DNA from: Macrostomum lignano
Taxonomy: Eukaryota
Assembly: GCA_002269645.1 (NCBI GenBank)
Contig: NIVC01001842.1
Span: 167,135-231,134, forward strand
Direction: 5' to 3'
DNA: 64,000 nt
Positions 17,201-28,834 of the stretch are shown piece by piece; the first letter of the stretch is position 1; each line of letters opens with the position of its first letter. The position numbers and the translations under genes are program-made. The notes below the pieces were generated by a model. That model was not told the DNA's origin. It worked only from the letters and a program-made list of their open reading frames with translations, and made no database searches.

Positions 17201-19037
17201 CCAAAAAGAAATCCTAATTCCCACAAATTTGAATACCACTTTTCTAGATCCCAATAAGACATCCACCAAATCTCACAAATTCGAACACCATATTTCCAGA
17301 TCCCAATAAGAAATCCACCAAATCTCACAAATTCGAACACCATATTTCCAGATCCCAATAAGAAATCCACCAAATCTCACAAATTCGAACACCATATTTC
17401 CAGATCCCAATAAGAAATCCACCAAATCTCACAAATTCGAACACCATATTTCCAGATCCCAATAAGAAATCCACCAAATCCCACAAATTCTAACACCATA
17501 CTCCCAGATCCCAATAAGAAATCCCACCAAATCCCACAAATTTGAACACCATACTCCCAGATCCCAATAAGAAATCCCACCAAATCCCACAAATTCGAAC
17601 CCCATATTTCCAGATCCCAATAAGAAATCCACCAAATCCCACAAATTTGAATACCATATTTCCAGATCCCAATAAGAAATCCACCAAATCCCACAAATTC
17701 GAACACCATACTCCCAGATCCCAATAAGAAATCCCACCAAATCCCACAAATTTGAACACCATACTCCCAGATCCCAATAAGAAATCCCACCAAATCCCAC
17801 AAATTTGAACACCATACTCCCAGATCCCAATAAGAAATCCACCAAATCCCACAAATTTGAACACCATACTCCCAGATCCCAATAAGAAATCCCACCAAAT
17901 CCCACAAATTCGAACCCCATATTTCCAGATCCCAATAAGAAATCCACCAAATCCCACAAATTTGAATACCATATTTCCAGATCCCAATAAGAAATCCACC
18001 AAATCCCACAAATTCGAACACCATACTCCCAGATCCCAATAAGAAATCCCACCAAATCCCATAAATTTGAACACCATACTCCCAGATCCCAATAAGAAAT
18101 CCACCAAATCCCACAAATTTGAAAACCATATTCCCAGATTCCAATAAGAAATCCACCAAATCCCAAAAATTCGAACACCATACTTCCAGATCCCAATAGG
18201 AAATCCCACCAAATCTCACAAATTTGAAAACCATATTCCCAGATTCCAAAAAGAAATCCCAAATCTCACAAATTTGAAAACCATATTCTCGGAATTTCAA
18301 TAACAAATTTTATATCCCAAAAAATTGAACACCATATTTCCAGATCCCAATAAGAAACCCCAAATCCCACAAATTCGAATACCATATTCCCAGATCCTAA
18401 TTAGAAATCCCAAATCCCAGATTAACGTCGTAGCTATCCCGAGACTGAAACTAGAAGTGTAAATTCCATAAAAGTACAAATTCAACTACTAGTGGAACAC
18501 GAACCTCCAACTCTCTGATAATCTGGGCCCTAACAGACGGCTTGATTTCCAAATGAATAAGCTTCCTAGCCATAGCCTGTCTAGTGGGCCTGTGCAGCAC
18601 CCGTTGAACAACGCCAGAGGATCCGGCGCCCAATTCGGCGATATCGTCAAAGTCTTCGTGACGCAATTCGCCTATGCTGCGCTTGCGTTGAACAAATTCT
18701 GCCAGACGCTTGCGTTGACTCTCGTCGAGGTCCTGATGGCCCCGCTGCTGCTGCTCCTGCTGCTGTTGTTTCGCCTGCAGCTGCTGCTGATGCAGACGAA
18801 GCTCTAGCGAATTCAAATCGGCGCCGCTTGGCGTGGTTGCTATGGTGAGATTCATCAGGTTGCGCCGGCTGCCGCAGCCCGAACCGGAGCCAGCCTCCAT
18901 GCTGCCGGAACTGCTGACGCTGGTGTTGCTGCTGCTGGCCGCTGCCGCGCCTTCCGCTGCTGCCGACGCCGAGCCAGACGGAGGCGACGACGATGGTGTA
19001 CCAGCGGATTGGCCAGGCACCTGCAGCGACCGCTTCA
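10971..19037 (-). CDS. MAP2K1: MAP kinase kinase MEK1/2 orthologue (exons 19037-18505, 17043-16820, 14260-13935, 11242-10971; candidate first exon 19950-19881)
   Basis: [65 protein letters not shown]. Splice phases 0/2/1 are consistent. Confidence 0.93.
11295..11860. repeat. 21-22-bp minisatellite (MEK last intron)
   Basis: ggggcgattctcaatgttttt. Confidence 0.93.
12390..13925. repeat. 23-bp minisatellite, ~66 copies (MEK last intron)
   Basis: gatgatactaaatgtgatgtcag. Confidence 0.97.
13935..14260 (-). CDS. MAP2K1: MEK exon (catalytic loop, activation loop, insert)
   Basis: RDVKPSN...DFG...SLANSF...AVNGTRLR; 326 nt. Confidence 0.95.
14390..15300. repeat. 24-bp minisatellite (MEK intron)
   Basis: gctaataatgtcgtcaattgtgtc. 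Confidence 0.97.
16010..16715. repeat. 22-bp minisatellite (MEK intron)
   Basis: atatctaccactgtctcttctc. Confidence 0.95.
16820..17043 (-). CDS. MAP2K1: MEK exon (subdomains III-VIb)
   Basis: [17 protein letters not shown]...NCLHR; 224 nt. Confidence 0.93.
17185..18420. repeat. 52-53-bp minisatellite (MEK intron)
   Basis: tcgaacaccatatttccagatcccaataagaaatccaccaaatc(c/t)cacaaat. Confidence 0.96.
18505..19037 (-). CDS. MAP2K1: MEK exon: Ser/Ala-rich extension, D-site, poly-Q, subdomains I-III
   Basis: RRNLMNLTI docking-like motif; ...QIIRELE|gttcgt. Confidence 0.88.
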
Positions 19038-19144
19038 CTGAAGCCGAATTTTGTGTTATTTGAGCTAATGCTGGTTAAATACAAATAGCTCGTGCGTACT
19101 AACAGCACTGAGTATTAGTTTGCTATGTTGTCGAGGCAGAGATG

Positions 19145-19720
19145 CTGAAGACTTTTGGGGATAGTTTGGTGATGAAGATGCTGGGGATAGTTTGGTGATG
19201 AAGATGCTGGGGATAGTTTGGTGATGAAGATGCTGGGGATAGTTTGGTGATGAAGATGCTGGGGATAGTTTGGTGATGAAGATGCTGGGGAGAGTTTGGT
19301 GATGAAGATGCTGGGGATAGTTTGGTGATGAAGATGCTGGGGAGAGTTTGGTGATGAAGATGCTGGGGAGAGTTTGGTGATGAAGATGCTGGGGAGAGTT
19401 TGGTGATGAAGATGCTGGGGATAGTTTGGTGATGAAGATGCTGGGGATAGTTTGGTGATGAAGATGCTGGGGAGAGTTTGGTGATGAAGATGCTGGGGAG
19501 AGTTTGGTGATGAAGATGCTGGGGATAGTTTGGTGATGAAGATGCTGGGGATAGTTTGGTGATGAAGATGCTGGGGATAGTTTGGTGATGAAGATGCTGG
19601 GGATATTTTGGTAATGAAGATGCTGGGGATAGTTTAGTGATGAAGATGCTGAGGATAGTTTAGTGATGCTGGGATAGTTTAGTGCCGCTGGGATTGCTTG
19701 GTGATGAAGGTGCGGGGATC
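19145..19720. repeat. 26-bp minisatellite (putative MEK intron 1)
   Basis: gatgaagatgctggggatagtttggt. Confidence 0.96.
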
Positions 19721-19880
19721 GTTTAGTGATAAAAATTTTGTGGATTGTTCTAAAATAATAATCGCTTCAGAATAATCTAAAATATAAAAATAAATCGTTC
19801 AAATTTTACCTAGTTAATTTAAAAATTAACAAAAACATTTTACTAGACAAACAGCAGATAGTTTAAACCAAAATAATTAC

Positions 19881-19950
19881 CCTGCAACAAGTTGTCGGAA
19901 CAGGTGCGCAAAGTTGAACCAAACGTTTGAAATCTATGCTTGTTAAACAT
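19881..19950 (-). CDS. Candidate MEK first coding exon
   Basis: ATG TTT AAC ... TTG CAG G|gtaatt. Its phase-1 end joins acceptor ttcggcttcag|TG at 19037 to give GTG in the kinase frame (474 aa total). The ORF-track start at 19038 is GTG, not ATG. Confidence 0.45.
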
Positions 19951-20579
19951 GTCGGGCTATATTTTAGATTTTTATCAGTTCAAATTAAGCTTTATAGAAA
20001 CAGTCACTTTTAATAGAACAGAAATAGTGCTGGGTGGCGGGCAAGAGTATAAAGAGTAAAATTGGAAGTTGGAACACGATCAAATCTTTCTTATCTTCAG
20101 TAAAGCTTCTATCCAACGCGCTGAGCAAGTCGAATGAGTTAATACACTGCACTGCTTCAACAGAGAGAGAGAGATGCGGGATAAGAAGCTTGCTAGCTCG
20201 ATAATCCCTAATGGTACCCCCCGGAGAGATGCGGGGCGGGGGAGAGAGGCAGAGAAAGATGACGAATAGAAAGAGGGAAGCAAATGAGGGAGAAGAAGAG
20301 GGATGAAGAGGAAGAAGAGACCGTTTTCTTGGCCTCGGGGGCGACAACGGCCTAGTAATAATAGAATGCAGTTGGTGTGCACAGGGCGGCGGCTTAAGCC
20401 TTAGAAGCGACAGTAAAGAGACTTCTACACCAGTGCTATGCTAACACAATTTCGAGATCATAATGAGAAATTACTAAACCCAAAACTCTGTTCGCGTTAC
20501 GCTCGTAGTTAATTACATAACTTGCCTCGACTGAACTGGATTCTATAGCGCGAGATTGCCTCAGTTACAGTGGTGGATT

Positions 20580-21245
20580 GAGCGAGATTGCCTCAGGGAC
20601 AGGGGTGATTTCTGTGAGATTACCTTGCTCAGGGCAAGAGGAGATTTCTGCGAGATTGCCTCAGGGACAGGGGCGATTTCTGTGAGATTGCCTTGCCTCA
20701 GGGCAAGAGGAGATTTCTGTGAGACTGCCTCAGGGCAAGAGGAGATTTCTGCGAGATTGCCTTAGGGCAAGGGGAGATTTCTGCGAGATTGCCTCAGGGC
20801 AAGGGCCTCAGGGCAAGAGGAGATTTCTGCGAGATTGCCTCAGGGCAAGAGGAGATTTCTGCGAGATTGCCTCAGGGACAGGGGTGATTTCTGTGAGATT
20901 GCCTCAGGGACAGGGGCGATTTCTGAGATTGCCTCAGGGACAGGGGCGATTTCTGTGAGATTGCCTCAGGGACAGGGGCGATTTCTGTGAGATTGCCTCA
21001 GGGACAGGGGCGATTTCTGTGAGATTGCCTCAGGGACAGGGGCGATTTCTGTGAGATTGCCTCAGGGACAGGGGCGATTTCTGTGAGATTACCTCAGGGA
21101 CAGGGGCGATTTCTGTGAGATTGCCTCAGGGACAGGGGCGATTTCTGTGAGATTGCCTCAGGGACAGGGGTGATTTCTGTGAGATTGCCATAGGGCAAGG
21201 GGTGATTTCTGTGAGATTGCCTCGGGCAAGGGGTGATTTCTGTGA
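20580..21245. repeat. 32-bp minisatellite
   Basis: ttgcctcagggacaggggcgatttctgtgaga. Confidence 0.95.
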
Positions 21246-21806
21246 GAACGAAGAAACAAAAAACGAGTGGACAGGAACCCAAAAATCAGAGAAACAGAGA
21301 ACAAGTGTACATAAGAACAATAGAAATGAAGAATAAGAGAACAGGGAAACGAATCAGCTAACAAATACACAGATACATTAAAATCAACCAGCCCTCACAC
21401 TTCTTACTGACTAAAGCCGAGTTTCCAGTCCCTTCTTTTTTCTATTCTATGATAAATTTATATTGCAGAAGTCCCTGATTAAGCTTTCAAATAGTATAAA
21501 ACTTGTAGCTAGCTACTGTTAGTAACAATATTGAAATATTTCAAGTCCTATTTGATTGAGTCAAACAAAAACGCACTAAATTGGTAAACTAAAAATATTC
21601 GTATGTAAAGTATTGAAAATACTCTTATTATTATTATTATTTTCACACTTTGATATGGCAGCATTCATTATCTTCTAAGTATTTGAAGATAACCAGAGCT
21701 ATAGAATTATAGCTATAATGCCATATATGATGCCAAGAGTGGCACGAGTTCTAGCTAACAGCTCCACTGAGATCAAGAAGTTTGCATTTCTCCAGACCAT
21801 GCTTGG

Positions 21807-21961
21807 GCGCAACCTAGGGATTCACCTGGCCATTTCTATTGGCAACACACACATGTAAGTCACTATTGGATGGAATAGTAGTCACGTGACTGCTCTCAGC
21901 CAATAGCGACTTACATGTGTGTGTTGCCAATAGAAATGCCGGGTGAATCCAAAGGTTGCGC
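21807..21961. mobile_element. Palindromic MITE-like hairpin (~63-bp arms)
   Basis: Arm 21807-21869 is the near-perfect reverse complement of 21900-21961; the loop contains GTCACGTGAC. Confidence 0.7.
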
Positions 21962-22459
21962 ATGTATGCACCAGGCAATGGATATTACAAGCTAGGTAGC
22001 TTCAAATACTTCCTATTGTTAAGCAAATGCTCAATATTTTTGTACCAGTCAGCATAAAGGCCATTGGACAACATGCTAGTAGCATTAAGAAGGCTCTAAA
22101 AGATCCAAAGATAGAGTTCTACTTTTTGATGGAAGTTCTGCAGGTTTTTAATGTTTAAAGTTTCTCTTTTAATAGGGAAGCACTCAGATTTACTGCCTTT
22201 ATAATAAATTGAAATAAGTTGATACTTACATATTGCTAATAGAACTGACCAAGCTTCTATTATCCTACTGGAAGATAAACATAACTAATTTATACATTGG
22301 GTTGGGCTTTACAATAGCTAGCCAAGCAATTATTTATTGATATAGATGTCAATAACTAATAAATATGCCTTCAGGTCATGAAGGACTTCTTCCATATTAG
22401 AACTAAGAAGCTAAAACATTTGCCTTTTGATAGTAGGTTCATCTAGGCACAATAGCACA

Positions 22460-22860
22460 TCAAATGCTAGATCCAAATTGGCAGTATCATTTTTTATATA
22501 TTAACTAGATTCCAATCTTGGCTAGTGAGATACCAGAACATTTTCATTGATATAGAGATTAGTAGCCTAGAAATAGAGGAGTGTTAGTATCAAATAGAGA
22601 TAATAGAACTAGAGTTTAAAAGTTTTGTCAATTGCAATATTGCAAGTTTTTGGGAAGCAGTTTTATAAGCTAGCAATTATCTATTTCTCATTAGAGTTGT
22701 GAGAACATTGCTAATTTTGCTTTATAACAATGCAATAGTCAAGCATATTTTTAGTCAAATAGTAAACACTATTACCAAGAAAGGGATGAATAAGTTTGCT
22801 ACCCTTTATTATCAAGGCCCTAATAATCATACATATTTATTTAGTTACAAAGAATCTTAA
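22460..22860 (+). pseudogene. Fossil hAT transposase C-terminus (dimerisation domain)
   Basis: MLDP at 22464, then frame 22597: FWEAVL*ASNYLFLIRVVRTLLILLYNNAIVKHIFSQIVNTITKK, resembling hAT FW...YP.L..VA..LL.LPHSNA.VERIFS...TK.RN. Confidence 0.55.
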
Positions 22861-23457
22861 TCTAGCATCTTGGACTATTGCATTTTTATTTGTCCTTGTC
22901 ACTCAATATATTTAAGAATATACATCATATTTGCTGGGCCTAGCATTCATGTAGTATATCATTAAGGATTAAATGATAAGGCTAGCTTAGCTATTATAGA
23001 ACAAAAGCATAGCACTAGGCTATAAGAAGGCCTAGCAAATGTCATATTCATTAAGGTTCAGATAGGCTAAGAAAAAACAAGCAAGTAGTTTAGCATACTG
23101 CAAATTAGTGTTTTGCCATAGCCGTAGCTACAGCTATGGGATCCTCTGGCAAATATGGTAAAATAAGTACCTATGGCAGCTATAGATATGAATATGTAAG
23201 CTAGCTGCTCTAATGGCTATGACTATAGAAATATGGACATTCTTTCATTTTACGATCCCTGAGCAGGTCAAGTTTCGTCTTACAATCCCCATTAAAAAAG
23301 AGTCAAAAAGACACTCCAGTTTAACAAAAAAGTATGTTTCACATACATTTCAAAAGTCATTGCAACTCACTTTCTAGTCAACCTAATTCATTACTGCAAC
23401 TCACTTTTTAGTCAACTTGAGGATTGTTGGCGTAGTATTACTTATGAAAGCACGTAG

Positions 23458-24071
23458 CTTATATTCACTTTCATCATATGATCATTTAAATGGTGAAGTT
23501 ATATGTAGATGATTGCAAGATAAAACCGAAACAGCTTGTAGGTTTTGAATTATGATCACTGCATTGGTAGAATTGTATTAGAGGGATCATATGATGAAAG
23601 TGAATGGATTACACATTATATCCCTGGTGAAGTTGCACCAGTTCACAGCAGCTTTGGATACAAACTGCTACATCAATCTCTATCAACAATCTACAGGGTT
23701 CAAGAATGAAATTGTATTCATTATAAGATTCACAAGCGTCGCCCCCTCACTTTTGTCATATGATCCTCCCAGTTCATTGGACCTGTGTTATATCGAGTGG
23801 TGATTGTATGACCAAAGTGAGGGGGGAGGGGGGCATGTAAAAAGTGGGTGGCTTTTGGTTCGCAGACATATTAGAGGCTGCAATTGATTGCTTGGTTGAA
23901 ATGTCCATTATAGCGACAATTTCCTACCATTTCCTCATACAATCCCTCCAATACAATTTTACTATCGGTGTGATTGTAAGTCGAAATCTAGAAGCTCTTT
24001 TGGTTTTGTCTTGCAATCATCTGCATATAACTTTATCATTTAAATGATCACATAACGAAAGTGAATATAAG
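23458..24071. mobile_element. Degenerate foldback element: ~140-bp inverted arms with a nested inner hairpin
   Basis: 23458-23600 is inverted at 23930-24071; 23738-23765 is inverted at 23802-23828. Confidence 0.6.
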
Positions 24072-26279
24072 GACAGGCTTCTAACTTCTATAAGACATTT
24101 TTTTGTTAAAATGGCACACTTAGAAGTGGTCTCATTTTGAAGTTCGATTTTAAGAGCAATTTTCCATTCTCTGTGGGGGGATTGTATAACGAAAGTCTCA
24201 ACTCCTATAGGGACAGTGCTAGGTGATCGTAAAATAAAAGAATGCCAAAATATGATAGTTGTTGTCACATTCCATAGATTCCTGTAGCCGTAGTTATTGT
24301 GGCAGGTGGGATTCCATTATGTTGAGTAGTTTTTTTAACAATTGATGACTAAATCTTTATTTTAGTCAGTCTATGCATTGATCATTAAATTATTTTCCCT
24401 GGCTTGGAGTTGTCCAGCCAATGCTCCATCAAGTGTTCTACGCTCTGTATGCTCGCTTCCCTGTGCGGGAACTTTTGTTAGAATACACTTGCCACCCAGT
24501 TTTATGCGTAATGTTTTAAGCCCTGATCAGCGTTGCCCATTGTGTTTCCTATCAGCTGCTCCCATTTGTGGACCAGCTTGCTTTACTTTTTAAACTCCCT
24601 GTTTTTCTTGTAAAATTTTATACTTTGCCTTTCCTTCTCCCTCTCTTTTTCCTTCTCATTCTGTTTTTTCTATTGCCTAATTTCTGACAAGTTTTATGAT
24701 TTCTGACAGAGACCCCTATTTGCCCGCCAACTTTGCACGCCAAAATTTTAGCATGGCTTGTGCACGCGGGAAAATTCCCATGTGCAGGCCACCTTCTTGA
24801 GTATGGGTTGCAGTAACTACCCTACTGAAAGTAACCAGCTCAGCAAAAGCAACACATTAATTTTACAGTATCAGAATCTACGGCATCTCATTATTTGAAT
24901 GACCGCGCCGCTATACGACTGCTCCGCTATGATTACGACTACCCTCCCCTTGGACTTGAGAACCTGGCAGTTGGAGTAAAACAGGAGAAAGAATTTTGTT
25001 ATGATTTGTCTGCACAATTTCTGGATTTATTCATGCGAACTCAACGCCAACAGCAATTCAAATGTGGAATCCACCCCACCTTCACTGGTGTCAGCAACCA
25101 ATTTCAAAACACCCAACTTCCAAAAAAACTAACTCTTTTCCTCATCTCATTATTATTTTAATTATGTTAAAAAACTTAAAAATATTAGAAACAGGTAGAG
25201 TAAAACAAAGATACTTTTAGTAAACTGTATTATCAACTTAGAAACTTTTAAAATATACCTAAAAAAATACAATAAAACACTAGCAAACTCTAATTTTTAT
25301 AAATGTGAAAAAGTTCAGCATTAGTACTTTAAGTAACAATTAAGTATTGTTGCTCTAAAAAGATAGTAAATCAAATGGACCCTCCTTATTAGGGTGGAAC
25401 ACTACTGCAAATGAATTAATATTTAATATCATGGATGCTAATTTTAGGCCTAATCTTGAATCTCAATTGAATGCTTTTGATTATCTCAAAAACATAGGCC
25501 TATAACTTGAGTCTCAAAAATCTCTAAAACATGATATTGTCCAATTAACCCCTATAAAAAAGGTGCACTTAAGCTAGGCCCTCCGCCCTCGCATTATTTA
25601 AAATTTAAATAGCATTGTTTATTAATTTAGATAATAGGGCCTATAGAATATGCCTATTAAAAATACATAGATTAGATATAAATATAATAGGCCCCTATTA
25701 GGCCCTAAAAAAGCCATAGGGCATATATCCACAGAGAGTCAATTTATTAAATTCTTTAGATATAAAATAAGCCTACCTACTATAGTATAGTTTTTGCTTT
25801 ATTACTGAGCCAATCGGCCCATTAAATTCTGAGGTTGGTTCATTCACTCGACTCTTCGTCTTCACTGGTTGTAGAGATTCCATCCTTTTCCATAATGACA
25901 TTTCAGTAACCCAGTTTGATTTTCAGCAACCAAGTTAATGAAGCCTAAATTATAAATAAATCTTACATACCGTTTAGTAATATAAAATCTTACGCTTTAA
26001 CATCAACAATATGAGTGACGTTTATTATACAAGTTTTTAAAAAATATTATTTCGCGGCTTAAGCCCGTTCCCTCTTTCAAACACGTGCGACTTAAAAAGC
26101 TTAACAACATCCTTAATATTAATTCGTAATTGTATACTTTTTCTATATTAAATTATTAAAAGCTAAATATATAAAGTTATTTTTTGTCTATACAAATAGA
26201 AACTAAACTTTTTGCATACTGTTTTGAAAAACACTTTTTCGCGTGTTTTTTGGGTGACACAGTCCTGGATTTGGGATTA

Positions 26280-26658
26280 GAGCCTCTTCATATCGCCAGT
26301 TCGAAAAACGGAACCGGTTCGACGCTCTTCATTTCGATGGTTTGAAAAACAGAACCAGTTCCGGAACATAGTTCTGTTTCTGGAAAATGTTCGAGAAATT
26401 TTCTCGAACCGTTGTCATGTTTACACTTTACAGTAAAATATATTTGAAATCGTCAATTTTTTATTATTGATATACAATTATTCCGTTTTTGTCATATCCA
26501 AGAGGAAACAAGGTCATAGAACGACAAAATTAAATTGTAAAGACTGTCAAACATAAAATAGGTTCGAAGCTTCTCATTTCACAATCACACTGGTTCTGGA
26601 CTGGTTCTAGAACTCGAATTTATTCTGGTTCTAGAACCAATTGCCATGAAGAGGCCTC
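26280..26658. mobile_element. Possible PIF/Harbinger-type MITE
   Basis: Termini GAG(G)CCTCTTCAT inverted; flanks tta/cta; internal GAACCAG/CTGGTTC motifs. Confidence 0.4.
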
Positions 26659-26715
26659 CTAGTGAGACCCCTTCTTCGCTTTCAACAAAATTATCCTGCA
26701 CATGTGGTCACTGAT

Positions 26716-27209
26716 CACTTTGGCGACAAGTCGCTTCAGTGACAGTCATTTCGGTGACACATTTGGATCACTTTAGCAACCGACAATTAATAGGCCCTAG
26801 CCTCTAGGCCTAACAGCTAAAGAACATATGTATTTTTTGCCAATCAAACTTCACGATTACAAAGCAACACAAATCTATATTTATGTATAGGCCTATTTAG
26901 GTATTTAGTTAGGTAGCCTACATTTATTCTCAATTTAATAAATAGAAGGCAAGGTTAACATAAGCTCTAGTGGGGGATGTAAATCTGCATGCATTACTAT
27001 GTACTCGTACATTAACCAATCAGAATGGGGATGTGAAAGGTAGCATGAATAACAAAATACTGAAGATTTGTATTGCTTTTTTAATAAATCTGGATAAATC
27101 ACACTTTTTAATTGTGAAGTTTCATTGGCAAAAAATATGTCCTTTAGTTGTTATTAATTGTCGCCAAAGCAATCCAAATATGTCACCAAAATGACTGTCG
27201 CCAAAGTGC
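26716..27209. mobile_element. Non-autonomous element with repeat-rich TIRs (cactttggcgac motif)
   Basis: 26716-26790 is inverted at 27150-27209; another inverted copy lies at ~29610-29700. Confidence 0.5.
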
Positions 27210-27350
27210 AAGGTGCTCATGCCCTCCTTTATCTCCTTTATTTAAAATATTTTTGGGACTGTTATATTTTAGATATAAATGTTATATTATGGCATAGTTG
27301 TCTCGTCTATGCTGACATTATAAAGACATTATAAAGCTAATGTCATAGAC

Positions 27351-28044
27351 GGATGCCTGTCAAAACGGCCACACGCGAAACAGCCACACGACAAAATGGC
27401 CACCCCGTCAAAACGGCCACACGAAAAAATGGCCACTTAAAACAAAAAGGGTTGCAGATCGACTGTTCTATTCATTATGTTAAGGAAGCTTCTTTATATT
27501 AATTATTTGGCTGTTGCTGTGATCCAATTGCGCTTTACATACTCAAGCCACTCTCCCAAAGGCCCATTCAGGTGAGCAGGTAGATCACAGCTGTTTGAAG
27601 TTTGGCAGAATATCATTTGATGGCAAGTAAGCCAGGGCCATCACCTTTCTACAGAATCTGCGCAATGAGTAAGACACTGCGTAGCTGCGTGCAAGGCCAA
27701 GCTGCTGCAGATGGCGATACAGTGCTTGGCAAAAATGGAAGTTGCATCTGTGCAGCATTGCAGTGCTGAGCACAGTACGCGCAGCTGCCCAAAATGCCTG
27801 CTCTCTCTCTCTCTGCAACCATCCACCTTTATTCTTAATTGACCAGTGCCTCGGCCCCCATATATGCCACCCCCTCGATCATTTATCATTTATCTTTTTA
27901 CTTAAATGTACATTTAACCCTCCACTTCTCTTATCTCTTATTACAAATTATTACATCATGTGGCCATTTTGTTGTGTGGCCGTTTTGACAATATGGCCGT
28001 TTTGTCGTGTGGCCATTCTGCGTGTGGCCGTTCTGACGGCACCC
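27351..28044 (-). mobile_element. Mutator-like (MULE) deletion derivative with 10-bp TSD and transposase fragment
   Basis: TSD TGTCATAGAC at 27341-27350 and 28045-28054; TIRs GG(A/G)TGCC..GTCA(A/G)AACGGCCACAC with subterminal repeats; internal HRCNFHFCQALYRHLQQLGL...RKVMALAYLP, then frameshifted EWLEYVKRNWI. Confidence 0.9.
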
Positions 28045-28834
28045 TGTCATAGACAACTTAATTCGGTCTGTCTGCAACAGGGACTTTCTCCTTTATTTTA
28101 GCCACTTTAGCTACTAGGATTTTTAGCACTTGTACTTAACATATTGTTAGTTTAAGGTCTGTAGAGAAAACTAACGATTGAATTATGAGATATTTAATTG
28201 GAGTTAAATTGAATCTAAGATAAGCCAGTAAGTGGGCGCAGGGCCCAAACAATTATATTTATACCAGACATTAACTTAGGGGGTTTGAATTGCAGATAAT
28301 AAAGAGAGGGGTGGAGTGCGCGACTAAATAGAGAGGCGAGAATAGAGAACCAATCAGAAGGCAGCAAGGGAGAGAGAGAGATAAGAATAACAAGATTGAG
28401 CTGGACAGAGAAGAGAGAAAACAGAGTAAACAGAGACAAGTGAAGGTGAACTAAAGAAATGACTAGGAAAGTCGCGACAAGGTCCTTTTAAATAATCTTT
28501 TTAAAAAAATATTCTATCAACTTGTATTTTTTTCCTAGGCAAAGTTATGTAGAAAAATAGTTTATAAGTCCGAGCAAAGGTTTGTAGGCCTATATATGAT
28601 TAGTTAATATTTGAACAACTTTAAAGTAGCAACCCTAGGTTAGCCACAATATTAGATATGTGTAACTATCAAGCTAGAAATATACAAGTTTTTTTAAAGA
28701 CTGCAAATTGGCTAGAAAGATTATGTGATCAAAGCAGTCAATAAATAGGCCACAGAATGAAACAATTATGAGAGTACTACATCTTTTGAGAGTACAACTG
28801 GGAGAGTACATGAGAGTACAACTGGCTTTTGAAG

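Noticed and set aside
17167-18485. Several 200-300 aa W/G/F-rich ORFs
   Set aside because: Products of the 52-53-bp minisatellite in a MEK intron.
19985-20382. ORF starting MSPPRPRKRSLLPL, resembling a MAPK docking site
   Set aside because: Start is TTG, there is no in-frame join to the kinase, and a D-site already exists in the main exon.
24895-25161. 88-aa ORF in the intergenic region
   Set aside because: TTG start, no recognisable motif or splice context.
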